Notes under the pieces: generated by a model
Database searches by the model: none
The model's input: only the letters and a program-made list of their open reading frames with translations
Told to the model about the DNA's origin: nothing
Origin: Microcoleaceae cyanobacterium
Lineage (GTDB): Bacteria > Cyanobacteriota > Cyanobacteriia > Cyanobacteriales > Microcoleaceae
Length of the DNA: 64,000 nucleotides
Reading direction: 5' to 3'
Assembly (NCBI GenBank): GCA_051652765.1
Contig: JBOFUV010000101.1
Coordinates: 39,342 to 103,341 of the forward strand
In this document: positions 39,187 through 48,642 of the stretch, one piece after another
Layout of the letters: the number at the start of each line of letters is the position of its first letter
Position numbering within the stretch: position 1 is the first letter of the stretch
Position numbers and translations under genes: made by a program

Positions 39187-40074
39187 CTATGGCAATGTTT
39201 GATCTGCCTTTTCCTCTTCTTGTCCAGGAAGTGCTGCTGTGGGCAGGCGAGATCGAAGGTTATAACAATCCCCGTGAGATAAGACATGAATTTTTAGATT
39301 AAACAAGCTTAAAGGCTCTTCCGGCCCGACTTTATCTGCATTGGTGTAAGATATTCGACTACTGTCTAAGATGGTCACACTACCTTTGCCAATCACCCGC
39401 AGTCGGTTCTCTGCTTCAAATAAGGTGCAGGTATCCTCGTCAATCCCAATGCCCGTTCGACCGGGATAAGAGGCGATCGCGCTCAAGAGTCGAGCGATGC
39501 GATTCCGATTGGAAAAGTGCTGATCGACAATAATACTCGGCAGAATCCCTAGCCCGGTGGCCATGTCTACCAGAGAACGGTTCGGAGACTCCCCACTCCC
39601 GCCCCCGGCAATCATGTGATGGCTCATAACGGCTGCCCCAGCGCTGGTGCCTGCAAGGGCAATTTTGCCTTTTCTGGCTGCTGTCCGAATTTTGTCCATC
39701 AAATCAGTATCAGCCAGTAAACTATAGAGCCGGAGTTGATCTCCGCCAGTCATGAACACCCCTGTGCAGGTTTCCAAAAAACTGTGCCACTCTAGGTTTT
39801 CACAATGATCCCGTTCTCGGATATCAAAAATCTCGATCGCATTCGCGCCCATTTCCTCAAAAATTTGTCGATACCGTTCCCCCTGAACCGCAGGTTCCCG
39901 TGAAGCTGAGGGAATGATTGCCAGTTGAGCATTTGATGATCCGGCTCGATTGAAAAAAGTTTGCAGGATTTCTCGTCCATGTACTTTGTCTTCTGCTCCG
40001 CCAATAATCAGGATGGAGGTTTTTGTTTGAGAGGAGGTCATCTGCTCTGTATCGTAAGAAGTCAACTGCTGCAT
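39187..40074 (-). CDS. cphB: Cyanophycinase
   Basis: IIGGAEDK, TGGDQ, GTSAGA (catalytic Ser), DQHF, GIDEDT; divergent from trmD. Confidence 0.95.
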   Translation of the reverse strand: MQQLTSYDTEQMTSSQTKTSILIIGGAEDKVHGREILQTFFNRAGSSNAQLAIIPSASREPAVQGERYRQIFEEMGANAIEIFDIRERDHCENLEWHSFLETCTGVFMTGGDQLRLYSLLADTDLMDKIRTAARKGKIALAGTSAGAAVMSHHMIAGGGSGESPNRSLVDMATGLGILPSIIVDQHFSNRNRIARLLSAIASYPGRTGIGIDEDTCTLFEAENRLRVIGKGSVTILDSSRISYTNADKVGPEEPLSLFNLKIHVLSHGDCYNLRSRLPTAALPGQEEEKADQTLP

Positions 40075-40407
40075 ATTTTATCGTCTCAAATGAACAAGAA
40101 TTAAGTTCATCTGAGTCTCATCTGGAATTAGGTGCTTTGTGATCTAATCGGTTTAACTTGAGGATTCCTCCGAGTCCCCGTCTTAGTGTTTTGGACATTA
40201 CAGAAGTCCTCAACAACTAGTAAGAGGTTCAAAGTGCAAGCGTCTAGCTAATTTCATTGCTTGGCTTAGCCTTCAGGTAGCTGCGACAAAATGCTTACAC
40301 TATTGATCAAAACCTAGATTTAGGTTGCTGTAAAGAGTTAATCTTTAAAAAGAGTTAATCTTTAAATTGAATGTTTGAATCTAGCTGAAGTTCAATTCTT
40401 GAACATA

Positions 40408-40421
40408 GTATGCTCTGATAC
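40408..40421. promoter_or_regulatory. Putative NtcA box upstream of cphB
   Basis: GTA-TGCTCTGA-TAC (GTA-N8-TAC); a near-consensus GTG-N8-TAC lies at 40446-40459. Confidence 0.45.
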
Positions 40422-40544
40422 CTTTTGATAGGATCTTTAAATTGTGTGATTGATTATACAATATCCGCAATGCAGAATCAGAATAGTAATTTCTCGAAAT
40501 TTGCATAAGATCCTTAACTTCTACACCAAGAACGATTTTCTCCA

Positions 40545-41276
40545 GTGCGGTTCGATATTCTTACTTTATTTCCTGATTTTTTCTCTAGCCCTCTCAGTTC
40601 GGGACTGCTGGCAAAAGCTCTAGCAAAAGGAATTGCTGAGGTCTATCTGACCAATCCCAGAGACTTTACAACGGATAAGCATCGAAAAGTAGATGACGAA
40701 CCCTATGGCGGTGGAGTGGGCATGGTTTTGAAGCCTGAACCCTTGTTTGCTGCCGTAGAATCTCTGCCGATCCTGCCTCGACGAGAAATTATCCTCCTGA
40801 CTCCCCAGGGAGAACCCCTGAACCAACCCTTGCTGAAGGAATTGGTCACCCACTATGACCAGCTTGTCTTACTCTGTGGACACTATGAAGGCATTGACGA
40901 GCGCATTACCCAGATTGTGACGCGAGAGGTTTCCCTGGGAGACTTTGTTTTAACGGGGGGTGAAATCCCAGCAATGGCCCTAATTAACGGTGTGACCCGT
41001 CTGATCCCCGGTACCGTTGGTAAGGAACAATCCCTCAAAGCAGAAAGTTTTGAGGCCGGGTTGCTGGACTATCCCCACTACACTCGACCTGCCGAATTTC
41101 GAGGAATGCAGGTTCCAGAAGTGTTGCTGTCGGGCAACCATGCTGAGATTCAACGCTGGCAATATCAACAACAACTCCAACGTACCCGCGATCGCCGTCC
41201 AGATTTATTCAAAAAGCTAGCCTTGGATTTTGACTTAGAGTGTAGCTTAGATCAGAATTCAGCGCCTGAAGCATAG
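40545..41276 (+). CDS. trmD: tRNA (guanine37-N1)-methyltransferase
   Basis: DDEPYGGGVGM, LCGHYEGIDER, SLGDFVLTGGE motifs. Confidence 0.97.
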   Translation: MRFDILTLFPDFFSSPLSSGLLAKALAKGIAEVYLTNPRDFTTDKHRKVDDEPYGGGVGMVLKPEPLFAAVESLPILPRREIILLTPQGEPLNQPLLKELVTHYDQLVLLCGHYEGIDERITQIVTREVSLGDFVLTGGEIPAMALINGVTRLIPGTVGKEQSLKAESFEAGLLDYPHYTRPAEFRGMQVPEVLLSGNHAEIQRWQYQQQLQRTRDRRPDLFKKLALDFDLECSLDQNSAPEA

Positions 41277-41370
41277 TAATCTTTAGGAAACCACTAAGTT
41301 CAGTTAAGTTCAGTGGCTTTTTCGTAGCCCAGTATTCAATTTGAACCGTTCCCTGGCAGGCAAGTGAGAC

Positions 41371-43101
41371 ATGAATACCTCAATTATTGATAAAAAGTTA
41401 CAGGCTTATCGTTCAGAACTAAACGGTTTACTGTACGAGATGCAACAGCTTGCGGCTGACATTAATAACCCAGGGTTGCGGGACACGACAGATCGACTCA
41501 GACGCAATATCAGTGAACCGTTTTTGTTTGTTGTTGTTGGGGAAGTCAAAGCTGGAAAAAGCAGTTTTGTGAATGCGTTGTTGGGAGCAGAAGTCTGTAG
41601 AACTGATATTGAACCCTGCACGGATATGGTGCAACAAATTGTTTACTCGGCTGAGAGATTTACGACACAAGTCGAGCCTAACCTGAGAAAAATTGGATTG
41701 CCGATTGAAATTCTAAAAGACATTTCCATCGTTGATACTCCAGGCACAAACACAATTGTTGAAGAGCATCAAATTATTACAGAACGCTACATTCCAAATA
41801 GTGATCTGACCTTTTTTGTCCTATTTGCCAAGAATCCTCATCAAAAAAGTGCTTGGGATTTCTTAGATTATGTCAGTACGGAATGGCGTAAAAAAGTCGT
41901 CTTTATTTTACAACAAGCAGACTTACTGAAACCCAGTGACCTAGATAGAAATATTGGACGGGTCGAGGAATATGCTCATCAAAAACAAATTCAAGCTCCA
42001 GTTGTTTTTACGACTTCGGCTGAACGGGAATTTAATCAAGAAGAAAATAGTGGGTTTGAAGAAGTTAGAAGCTACATTAGAAATATGGTTGCTTCAGGAG
42101 AAAGTTATAAGATCAAACTTCGTTCCGTCAGCCAAACTACCCAAAAGATTATTGAGACCTTAGCCGAGGATATTGCAGCACTACAAACTCAGCTTGCCAC
42201 CGATCAAACAGCAGCAGAAAAGATTAGAAATAGAATTGCTGCCGCTCAACGGCGATCGCGATCAGAAATTGACAGTTTGGTTGAACGACTAGCGGCTCGT
42301 TATGGAACTATTTCTGACAGAATTAAGGCTGAATTCCGCGAGAGCTTATCCGTTTTTACCGTTATTCAAAAAGCATTCGTTGGAATTTTCAATAAAGAAG
42401 CGTCCATTCAAGCCTGGATTAAAGGCTTTCAAGATCGCTGTCAAGTCGAGTTAAAATCCTCATTAGAAGAGGTTTCAATAGAAGGTGCACAAAATTTTGT
42501 AGATAGTATTCGACAGCTTTTAGAAGGTTTAACCTATGATTTAAATTCTATTCAAGCCAGTCAAATTCATAGTAGCAATATCTCCTTAAAAATTCTCGAG
42601 CGTCGCCAAGAAGTGATTGAGAGTGTTAGAGCCAAGGTGTCCCAACTGATGACCGATCAGGGAATGGTGCGCTCCATCAATTCTAATGCTGAGGATATGG
42701 CGGTTGAAATTGTGGGCGGTGTATTTATTGCGATCGCGGGAACGGTGATGAGTGTGATTCAATTTGCAGTGGCCGAGACGATTATGAATGCCTTAGGAAT
42801 TGCCTTTGCAGGAATTGGTGTGGTGTTATTTGCTGTTGGAGTTGCATGGCAGCGCAATCGAGTTATTCAAAAATTTGAGATTGCTTTAGATCGAGAAAAA
42901 GGTAGGTTTCAAGGGGATGTTTCTGACCGACTCAATCAGAAACTCAGTCTGATCTATGAAGAGATTGAACGTATTTTTGTCCAGTTTTATGATTATGTTG
43001 AACGGGAAGAGCAAGAGATTCAACCTGTGCTGGAAAGATACACCATAATTCAGCACGAAGCTCAACAACTCTTTGGCAAAATGGCAACTCAGTTGAGTTA
43101 G
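41371..43101 (+). CDS. Bacterial dynamin-like GTPase (Fzo/FZL-like) with C-terminal membrane hairpin
   Basis: GEVKAGKSS (G1), DTPG (G3), QQAD (G4 variant), helical stalk and two hydrophobic segments near the C-terminus. Confidence 0.85.
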   Translation: MNTSIIDKKLQAYRSELNGLLYEMQQLAADINNPGLRDTTDRLRRNISEPFLFVVVGEVKAGKSSFVNALLGAEVCRTDIEPCTDMVQQIVYSAERFTTQVEPNLRKIGLPIEILKDISIVDTPGTNTIVEEHQIITERYIPNSDLTFFVLFAKNPHQKSAWDFLDYVSTEWRKKVVFILQQADLLKPSDLDRNIGRVEEYAHQKQIQAPVVFTTSAEREFNQEENSGFEEVRSYIRNMVASGESYKIKLRSVSQTTQKIIETLAEDIAALQTQLATDQTAAEKIRNRIAAAQRRSRSEIDSLVERLAARYGTISDRIKAEFRESLSVFTVIQKAFVGIFNKEASIQAWIKGFQDRCQVELKSSLEEVSIEGAQNFVDSIRQLLEGLTYDLNSIQASQIHSSNISLKILERRQEVIESVRAKVSQLMTDQGMVRSINSNAEDMAVEIVGGVFIAIAGTVMSVIQFAVAETIMNALGIAFAGIGVVLFAVGVAWQRNRVIQKFEIALDREKGRFQGDVSDRLNQKLSLIYEEIERIFVQFYDYVEREEQEIQPVLERYTIIQHEAQQLFGKMATQLS

Positions 43102-43119
43102 TTAGTTGAGTTAAATTAA

Positions 43120-43644
43120 GTGTTAATCCTGCATTCCCAACACCTGAACCAGATTTATACTCATGCCGAACAGACTTATCCCCATGAATGTTGTGGGTTG
43201 CTGATGGGAAGAATTGAGCTGAATGCTCAAAAAGTTCTGGTTGAAGTTATTCCTGCTGAAAACGCTTGGAATAAAGTATCGGCTGAAATCTTCCAAACAC
43301 AACTGTTTCACACAGAACTGTCTCAAACAGAAGGGTTTCAAGACATTAAAAAATCGGATCAACAAGCAACATCTCAGTCAACCACTGAACGCCATTATAC
43401 GATTTCACCAGAGATATTATTCAAGGCTCAGAAGCAAGGACGAGAACGCAATTTATCGATCATTGGCATCTATCATTCCCATCCCGATCATCCGGCAACT
43501 CCTTCGGAATTTGATCGGCTTTGTGCATGGTCTGACTATTCCTATATAATTGTCTCTGTGCAACAGGGAAAGGCAGTTGATTTGCAGAATTGGTGTTTAG
43601 ATGAACAGCGTCAATTTCAACTAGAAGGGTTTCATTCAAAGTAA
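43120..43644 (+). CDS. JAMM/MPN+ (M67 family) metallo-isopeptidase
   Basis: YPHECCG and YHSHPDHPATPSEFD (HxH-x7-S-x2-D). Confidence 0.92.
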   Translation: MLILHSQHLNQIYTHAEQTYPHECCGLLMGRIELNAQKVLVEVIPAENAWNKVSAEIFQTQLFHTELSQTEGFQDIKKSDQQATSQSTTERHYTISPEILFKAQKQGRERNLSIIGIYHSHPDHPATPSEFDRLCAWSDYSYIIVSVQQGKAVDLQNWCLDEQRQFQLEGFHSK

Positions 43645-43940
43645 TATTAACAGTAGTATTAATTATTGAAATTGAGCTGAAGTGACGAGTGGTTTTTAAA
43701 TCAGTGAGGAACATCTCAGCCACTCAAGTTCCCCTTTTTTGTGGGGATTTGGGAGGATCGCTCCAGATCACAATCTTAACAAAACGATGGTAAGTCTCTA
43801 ATTTGTTTTGTATTGAATTTGACTACAATTCATCTTCCCTGAGCTGTACTGTCAAAGCAATCAATAAACTCATCTAGCCTAACTGGTAGTGTAAGAGTTT
43901 GGGTGAGGGTTTTGGCAAGAACTTTGTGGAGGTATTACGA

Positions 43941-45053
43941 ATGAGCGCCCTAGAATTTGCAACAGAAGAAGTGGTTTCCCAAGTAATTTCCCAAAATGGA
44001 CAGATTGCGATCGCCGATTCAGAGCTGAGCAGTTTTCTTGATATTTTGCAGATGCTCATCCGTGAACCCTCTGTTGTTGGCAGTGAAGACTCTTTTTTTC
44101 GAGTGCTACGTCGGGAATTGGAGGAAGTCGGAGCAAAAGTTCAGTACTACCAGGGCATTCTCGTCGCCCAAGGGAACCAACCCAACGACCTGATCCTCTC
44201 AGCCCATATTGATCGACACGGTTTATTATGTACTGGCCCCAACGAGTTTCAGTATGCTGCCTTCATTGCCAGCAACCGGAGTGAGCTAACGGGGGATTCT
44301 GTGTCTGAACAGATGATGTACATGGTTGAAAACCGTTTTCAAGGTCAGCGCGTACAAGCCCATTTGCCTTACACCGGGACTTACTTGGGGCAAGGCTCGA
44401 TTACACGCTCCTACATTTGTCCAGCCCGAAAAAACTTGATTTTTGAATTGGATGGCTTGGATTTTTTACAACCGGGCACGCCGTTGTCATTCCTAGATCG
44501 TTTGCAGATCGTTGATGGCTATGCTTCAGCTCAGCTAGACAATGTTCTCAGTGCATCTATCCTCGTGTATCTTTTCCGGCGAGGCTTCCAGGGAACAGCG
44601 CTGTTTACCGCCCAAGAGGAAGCTGGACGAAGTTGGCGTTATGCCTTGGATTGGTTTCATTGCCAGAATTTAGTCACTCAACGGTTGATCGTTCTAGATA
44701 CGAGTCCTTACCCCAGTCGAGAGGCTGCTAATGCTCAACAACTCGTCCTCCGTCGTAAAGACTCTAACGGGATCTTTGCCTCAGGGATTACCAATGAGTT
44801 AGAGGAAAGATGCCAAACCTTTGGCATTACTTACAGCTACAAAGATGCCTATATTGAAGCTCAGAATCGTGAACGGAGTAAGCCACTGTCCTTAGGGCGC
44901 ACAGAGCTAGGTCGCATCGTGGCAACTACCCATGGCAGTATCAATGGCACAACGCTACAAATTCCAACAACGGGTTATCATACTCCCCATGAAACCGCTT
45001 CGTTAGCTTCGATTACGGCGGCAATTAAAGTATTGATGTCCTACATTCCTTAG
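43941..45053 (+). CDS. Peptidase M42/M20-like zinc hydrolase
   Basis: PSVVGSE, SAHIDRHG, AQLDN, QEEAG, GYHTPHE; GGAGG RBS before ATG 43941. Confidence 0.8.
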   Translation: MSALEFATEEVVSQVISQNGQIAIADSELSSFLDILQMLIREPSVVGSEDSFFRVLRRELEEVGAKVQYYQGILVAQGNQPNDLILSAHIDRHGLLCTGPNEFQYAAFIASNRSELTGDSVSEQMMYMVENRFQGQRVQAHLPYTGTYLGQGSITRSYICPARKNLIFELDGLDFLQPGTPLSFLDRLQIVDGYASAQLDNVLSASILVYLFRRGFQGTALFTAQEEAGRSWRYALDWFHCQNLVTQRLIVLDTSPYPSREAANAQQLVLRRKDSNGIFASGITNELEERCQTFGITYSYKDAYIEAQNRERSKPLSLGRTELGRIVATTHGSINGTTLQIPTTGYHTPHETASLASITAAIKVLMSYIP

Positions 45054-45078
45054 GCGACAACGCTGATTTAAAACTCAC

Positions 45079-45966
45079 TTAACAGCTCTGAATTAACTGA
45101 CTAAGCGCTTTTCCTGGGTTGGGGTCTTTCATCAAAGACTCACCAATCAAAACTGCACTGGCTCCAGCCTGCTTGACAAAGTTCAAATCTTCTGGAGTCC
45201 TGAGTCCAGACTCACTCACGACCAGAATATCTTGAGCCTGGAGTTTGTCTTGGCGAGCGGCCAAAAGATGTGCAGTGGTTTGTAAATCGACGGAGAAATC
45301 CTCTAGGTTGCGATTATTAATACCCACTAAATTCACGGTTGACAAGGCCAATACTCGGTCTAATTCTTCTAAGGTATGCACTTCGACCAAAGGTGTCATG
45401 CCCAGCTTTTGAATGATTTGAGTAAAATATTGCAAGTCTTGGTCAGACAAAATGGCTGCAATCAACAAAACAGCATCAGCCCCAGAAATCCGAGCCAGAT
45501 AAATTTGGTAGGGATAAATCACAAACTCTTTGCACAGTAGGGGGAGTTGTACCACTGCCCGAATACTGGCTAAATTCTCAAAGCTCCCTTGAAAGAATTT
45601 TTCATCTGTTAAAACGGAGAGACAAGCTGCTCCTCCCTGTTCATAGGCTTGAGCAATGGCAACCGGGTCAAAATCCTCCCGAATCACTCCCTGACTAGGA
45701 GACGCTTTTTTCACTTCAGCAATGACGGCAGGTTGAGTCAGACTGGATTGGAGTGCGGTTAAGAAATTCCGAGTTGGGGGTGCGTCTTGTAGCTTGCGAT
45801 GGAGTTCAACGAGGGGCAGCCGTTCTCGCCGTTGTTCAACTTCGATCTCTTTTTGCCAGACGATTTCTTCCAAAATGTTCTGTGGTGCAGCATCGGGTAC
45901 CTTAACCTGATATTGCAAATTAACCACATTCACAGCGGAACTGGGGGGGCGGCGACGGATTTGCAT
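45079..45966 (-). CDS. trpC: Indole-3-glycerol phosphate synthase
   Basis: [34 protein letters not shown] motifs. Confidence 0.97.
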   Translation of the reverse strand: MQIRRRPPSSAVNVVNLQYQVKVPDAAPQNILEEIVWQKEIEVEQRRERLPLVELHRKLQDAPPTRNFLTALQSSLTQPAVIAEVKKASPSQGVIREDFDPVAIAQAYEQGGAACLSVLTDEKFFQGSFENLASIRAVVQLPLLCKEFVIYPYQIYLARISGADAVLLIAAILSDQDLQYFTQIIQKLGMTPLVEVHTLEELDRVLALSTVNLVGINNRNLEDFSVDLQTTAHLLAARQDKLQAQDILVVSESGLRTPEDLNFVKQAGASAVLIGESLMKDPNPGKALSQLIQSC

Positions 45967-46028
45967 AGTTGATGCTTTCGTTAATGCTTAATTTAGTGCT
46001 TAGTTTAATGTTGGGTTTAATGTTGGGT

Positions 46029-47459
46029 TTAATGGGCCATGACTGCTCGCTTATAGGCTTCATCCAGGACTTCAGACAGGGTGGGATGGGTATGAACCGA
46101 AAATGCTAAAGTTTGCACGGACTGACGTTGGGCGATCGCATTAGCCGCTTCTTGGATCAAGTCAGAGGCATGAAGCCCAATAATATGAACCCCTAAGATT
46201 TCTCCAGTATCCTTGCGGTAGATCACCTTAGCCATTCCTTCGGTTTCCCCTTCGGCAATGGCCTTAGAATTGCCCTTGAAGTAAGTTCGGACAGCGGCCA
46301 CCTCAAAGCCTTCTGTATTCCCTAGGTCTTGAGCTGCAGGTTCACTTAAGCCCACATAACTAATCTCAGGATGGGTAAAGGCTGCTGCTGGAATACTCCG
46401 ATAGTCCACTTGTCGTGGCCGCCCGCAGATAGTTTCTACAACCGCAATGCCCTGAGCTGAAGCCGTATGAGCCAACATCATTTTGCCCGTGACATCCCCA
46501 ATTGACCACAGATGGGGTACAGGTTCTCCGCTAGAAAGCACAGCAAGGAAGTCATCCACGGGGATAAACCCGCGTCGATCTAGTTCTACCCCAACAGTTT
46601 CTAGGCCCAAATTTTGACTGAGGGGAATTCGGCCTGTTGCGACCAGACAGGCATCAACTTCTAAAACCTCTTCCACTTCCTTGGTCTTCGCATCCGCCAA
46701 TTCAATCACAACTGGAGAACCAGGTGTAACTTTCAGGGCCAGTTTTCCTGTATAGGTTTCTATATCTCGAGGGGCAATTAACACCCGCTGAGCAATTTTA
46801 GCAATGTCAGGATCAAAGGTTGGCATCAATTGATCCAGAGCTTCAATTATTGTAATTTCACATCCTAAAGCAGTATAGACATCGGAGAATTCCAACCCAA
46901 TGTAACCACTGCCAATAATCGCCACCCACTGGGGCAACCATTCCAGCTTCACCGCATCATCGCTGGTAAACACGGTTTTATGATCAATTTCTATTCCCGG
47001 TGGCACAAATGGAATCGAGCCAGGGGCAAGGATAATCTCTTTGGCAGTGAACGTTTGATCGCCAGACGCGGTTTTAACGGTCACTTTCTGAGGGGCTGCA
47101 ACTTTTCCTCGACCCTGAATCACATCAACATTCAAGCGCTTGAGACTGTTGGTTAGGTCGCCCCGGAGTTTGCTCACGGTTGCTTCGGCATGACCTGCAA
47201 TGATTTGGCGTTCAAAGCTAACCTTTTCCAGTTGAATCCCGAGGGTCTTGAGATGATGAGCGTTTTGCAGCTCTCGTACCCGCCCAGAAGCAGCTAACAA
47301 CGCTTTTGAGGGAATACAGCCTCGATTGACACAGGTTCCTCCCATTTTGGCCATTTCGATGATGGCGGTTTTGAGACCACACCCTACGGCGTGAATCGCT
47401 GCTCCATGACCTCCAACCCCCGCGCCGATGATGATCAAATCATAGTCAAATTCACTCAC
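46029..47459 (-). CDS. lpdA: Dihydrolipoyl dehydrogenase
   Basis: [31 protein letters not shown] motifs. Confidence 0.97.
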   Translation of the reverse strand: MSEFDYDLIIIGAGVGGHGAAIHAVGCGLKTAIIEMAKMGGTCVNRGCIPSKALLAASGRVRELQNAHHLKTLGIQLEKVSFERQIIAGHAEATVSKLRGDLTNSLKRLNVDVIQGRGKVAAPQKVTVKTASGDQTFTAKEIILAPGSIPFVPPGIEIDHKTVFTSDDAVKLEWLPQWVAIIGSGYIGLEFSDVYTALGCEITIIEALDQLMPTFDPDIAKIAQRVLIAPRDIETYTGKLALKVTPGSPVVIELADAKTKEVEEVLEVDACLVATGRIPLSQNLGLETVGVELDRRGFIPVDDFLAVLSSGEPVPHLWSIGDVTGKMMLAHTASAQGIAVVETICGRPRQVDYRSIPAAAFTHPEISYVGLSEPAAQDLGNTEGFEVAAVRTYFKGNSKAIAEGETEGMAKVIYRKDTGEILGVHIIGLHASDLIQEAANAIAQRQSVQTLAFSVHTHPTLSEVLDEAYKRAVMAH

Positions 47460-47724
47460 TCTAGCTCTCCCCGTGCGATCGCTTTGAATTTCGTCTCTCC
47501 AACTTCATTGTGAACTAGGGAGGGGGTATCCGGCAAGCCGGGTGTAGCAGCCTCTTAATCTTGTCTTAAAAGTTATGCATTTCTTAGTATTTCTTTGATG
47601 TCTCTATTGACGGCTCAGGACAATCCTGCAAATATCTGGATAAATTTTAAGACTAAGTGCTTAAGACGACAAATTCTCAAGGGGACAGCAATAGCTCACT
47701 CTCCTATCAACCGTGAGGTACCTT

Positions 47725-48642
47725 ATGGGTTTGACCGAGCAAGATCAGGAACTACTTCAGGCCATTTATCAGGGCAATGGAACTTTAGTTCAATTTGTCG
47801 TTCGGCAGCTTACCCGCCAAGGACTAACCGTCAACTTCCAAACTGAGGACGGGGACACCCCTCTCATAATTGCAGCAGATCTCGGTCACTTAGAGGTCGT
47901 TCAGGCCCTTTTGGGAGCTGGAGCAGAGGTTAATGCTCAATCTGACACTGGTGCAACAGCGCTGATGGCCGTTGCAGCCACAGGCAACCTAGCGATCGCC
48001 ACAACATTACTGGCAGCCGGAGCTAATGTTGGGCTTCAGGATCAAGACGGAGAAACAGCCCTACATTTCGCAGTGGTTGAAGAACAGGGAGAGATGGTTG
48101 AACTGCTCTTAAAACAAGGTGCAAACCCTTGTATGCTCAACACATTAGATGACTCTCCCTTGGTTGTGGCAATGCTCCAAGGGTACGGCGCGATCACAGC
48201 AACGTTATTAAAACAGGCTACAACCACTCAGGCCAACCAATTCTTACAGACTTACATCATGGGAGAAACAGCCTTGACCCTGAGTGCCTTCCATGGAAAT
48301 GTCCCTCTTATCCAGCAACTCCTGAGTCTAGGCGCAGACCTCAATCAACAAAATGATCAGGGAAAGACAGCTTTAACTCGAGGAGCTGAGCAAGGTAACT
48401 GGGAGGTTGTGCAGGAGCTAACCGTTCGGGGAGCTAACCTGGATATTCAAGATCGCACTGGATCAACAGCCTTAATGTGGGCTGCACTAAAGGGCCATCA
48501 ACTGATTGTACAATTGCTAATCGAAGCGGGAGCCAACCTGAACCTACAAAATCAGGGAGGCTACACAGCTCTGATGCTAGCAGAGTTTAACGGCCACAAA
48601 CCCATCGTTCGACAGATGAAGCGTGCTAAAGCTCAGGAATAG
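47725..48642 (+). CDS. Ankyrin-repeat protein
   Basis: About 8 units of G.T(P/A)L..A...G....V..LL..GA; GAGG before ATG 47725. Confidence 0.9.
   Translation: MGLTEQDQELLQAIYQGNGTLVQFVVRQLTRQGLTVNFQTEDGDTPLIIAADLGHLEVVQALLGAGAEVNAQSDTGATALMAVAATGNLAIATTLLAAGANVGLQDQDGETALHFAVVEEQGEMVELLLKQGANPCMLNTLDDSPLVVAMLQGYGAITATLLKQATTTQANQFLQTYIMGETALTLSAFHGNVPLIQQLLSLGADLNQQNDQGKTALTRGAEQGNWEVVQELTVRGANLDIQDRTGSTALMWAALKGHQLIVQLLIEAGANLNLQNQGGYTALMLAEFNGHKPIVRQMKRAKAQE

Noticed and set aside
22914..43644. moaE, FdhF/YdeP and JAMM as one molybdenum-cofactor locus
   Set aside because: Separated by 7-20 kb of unrelated genes with no operon structure.
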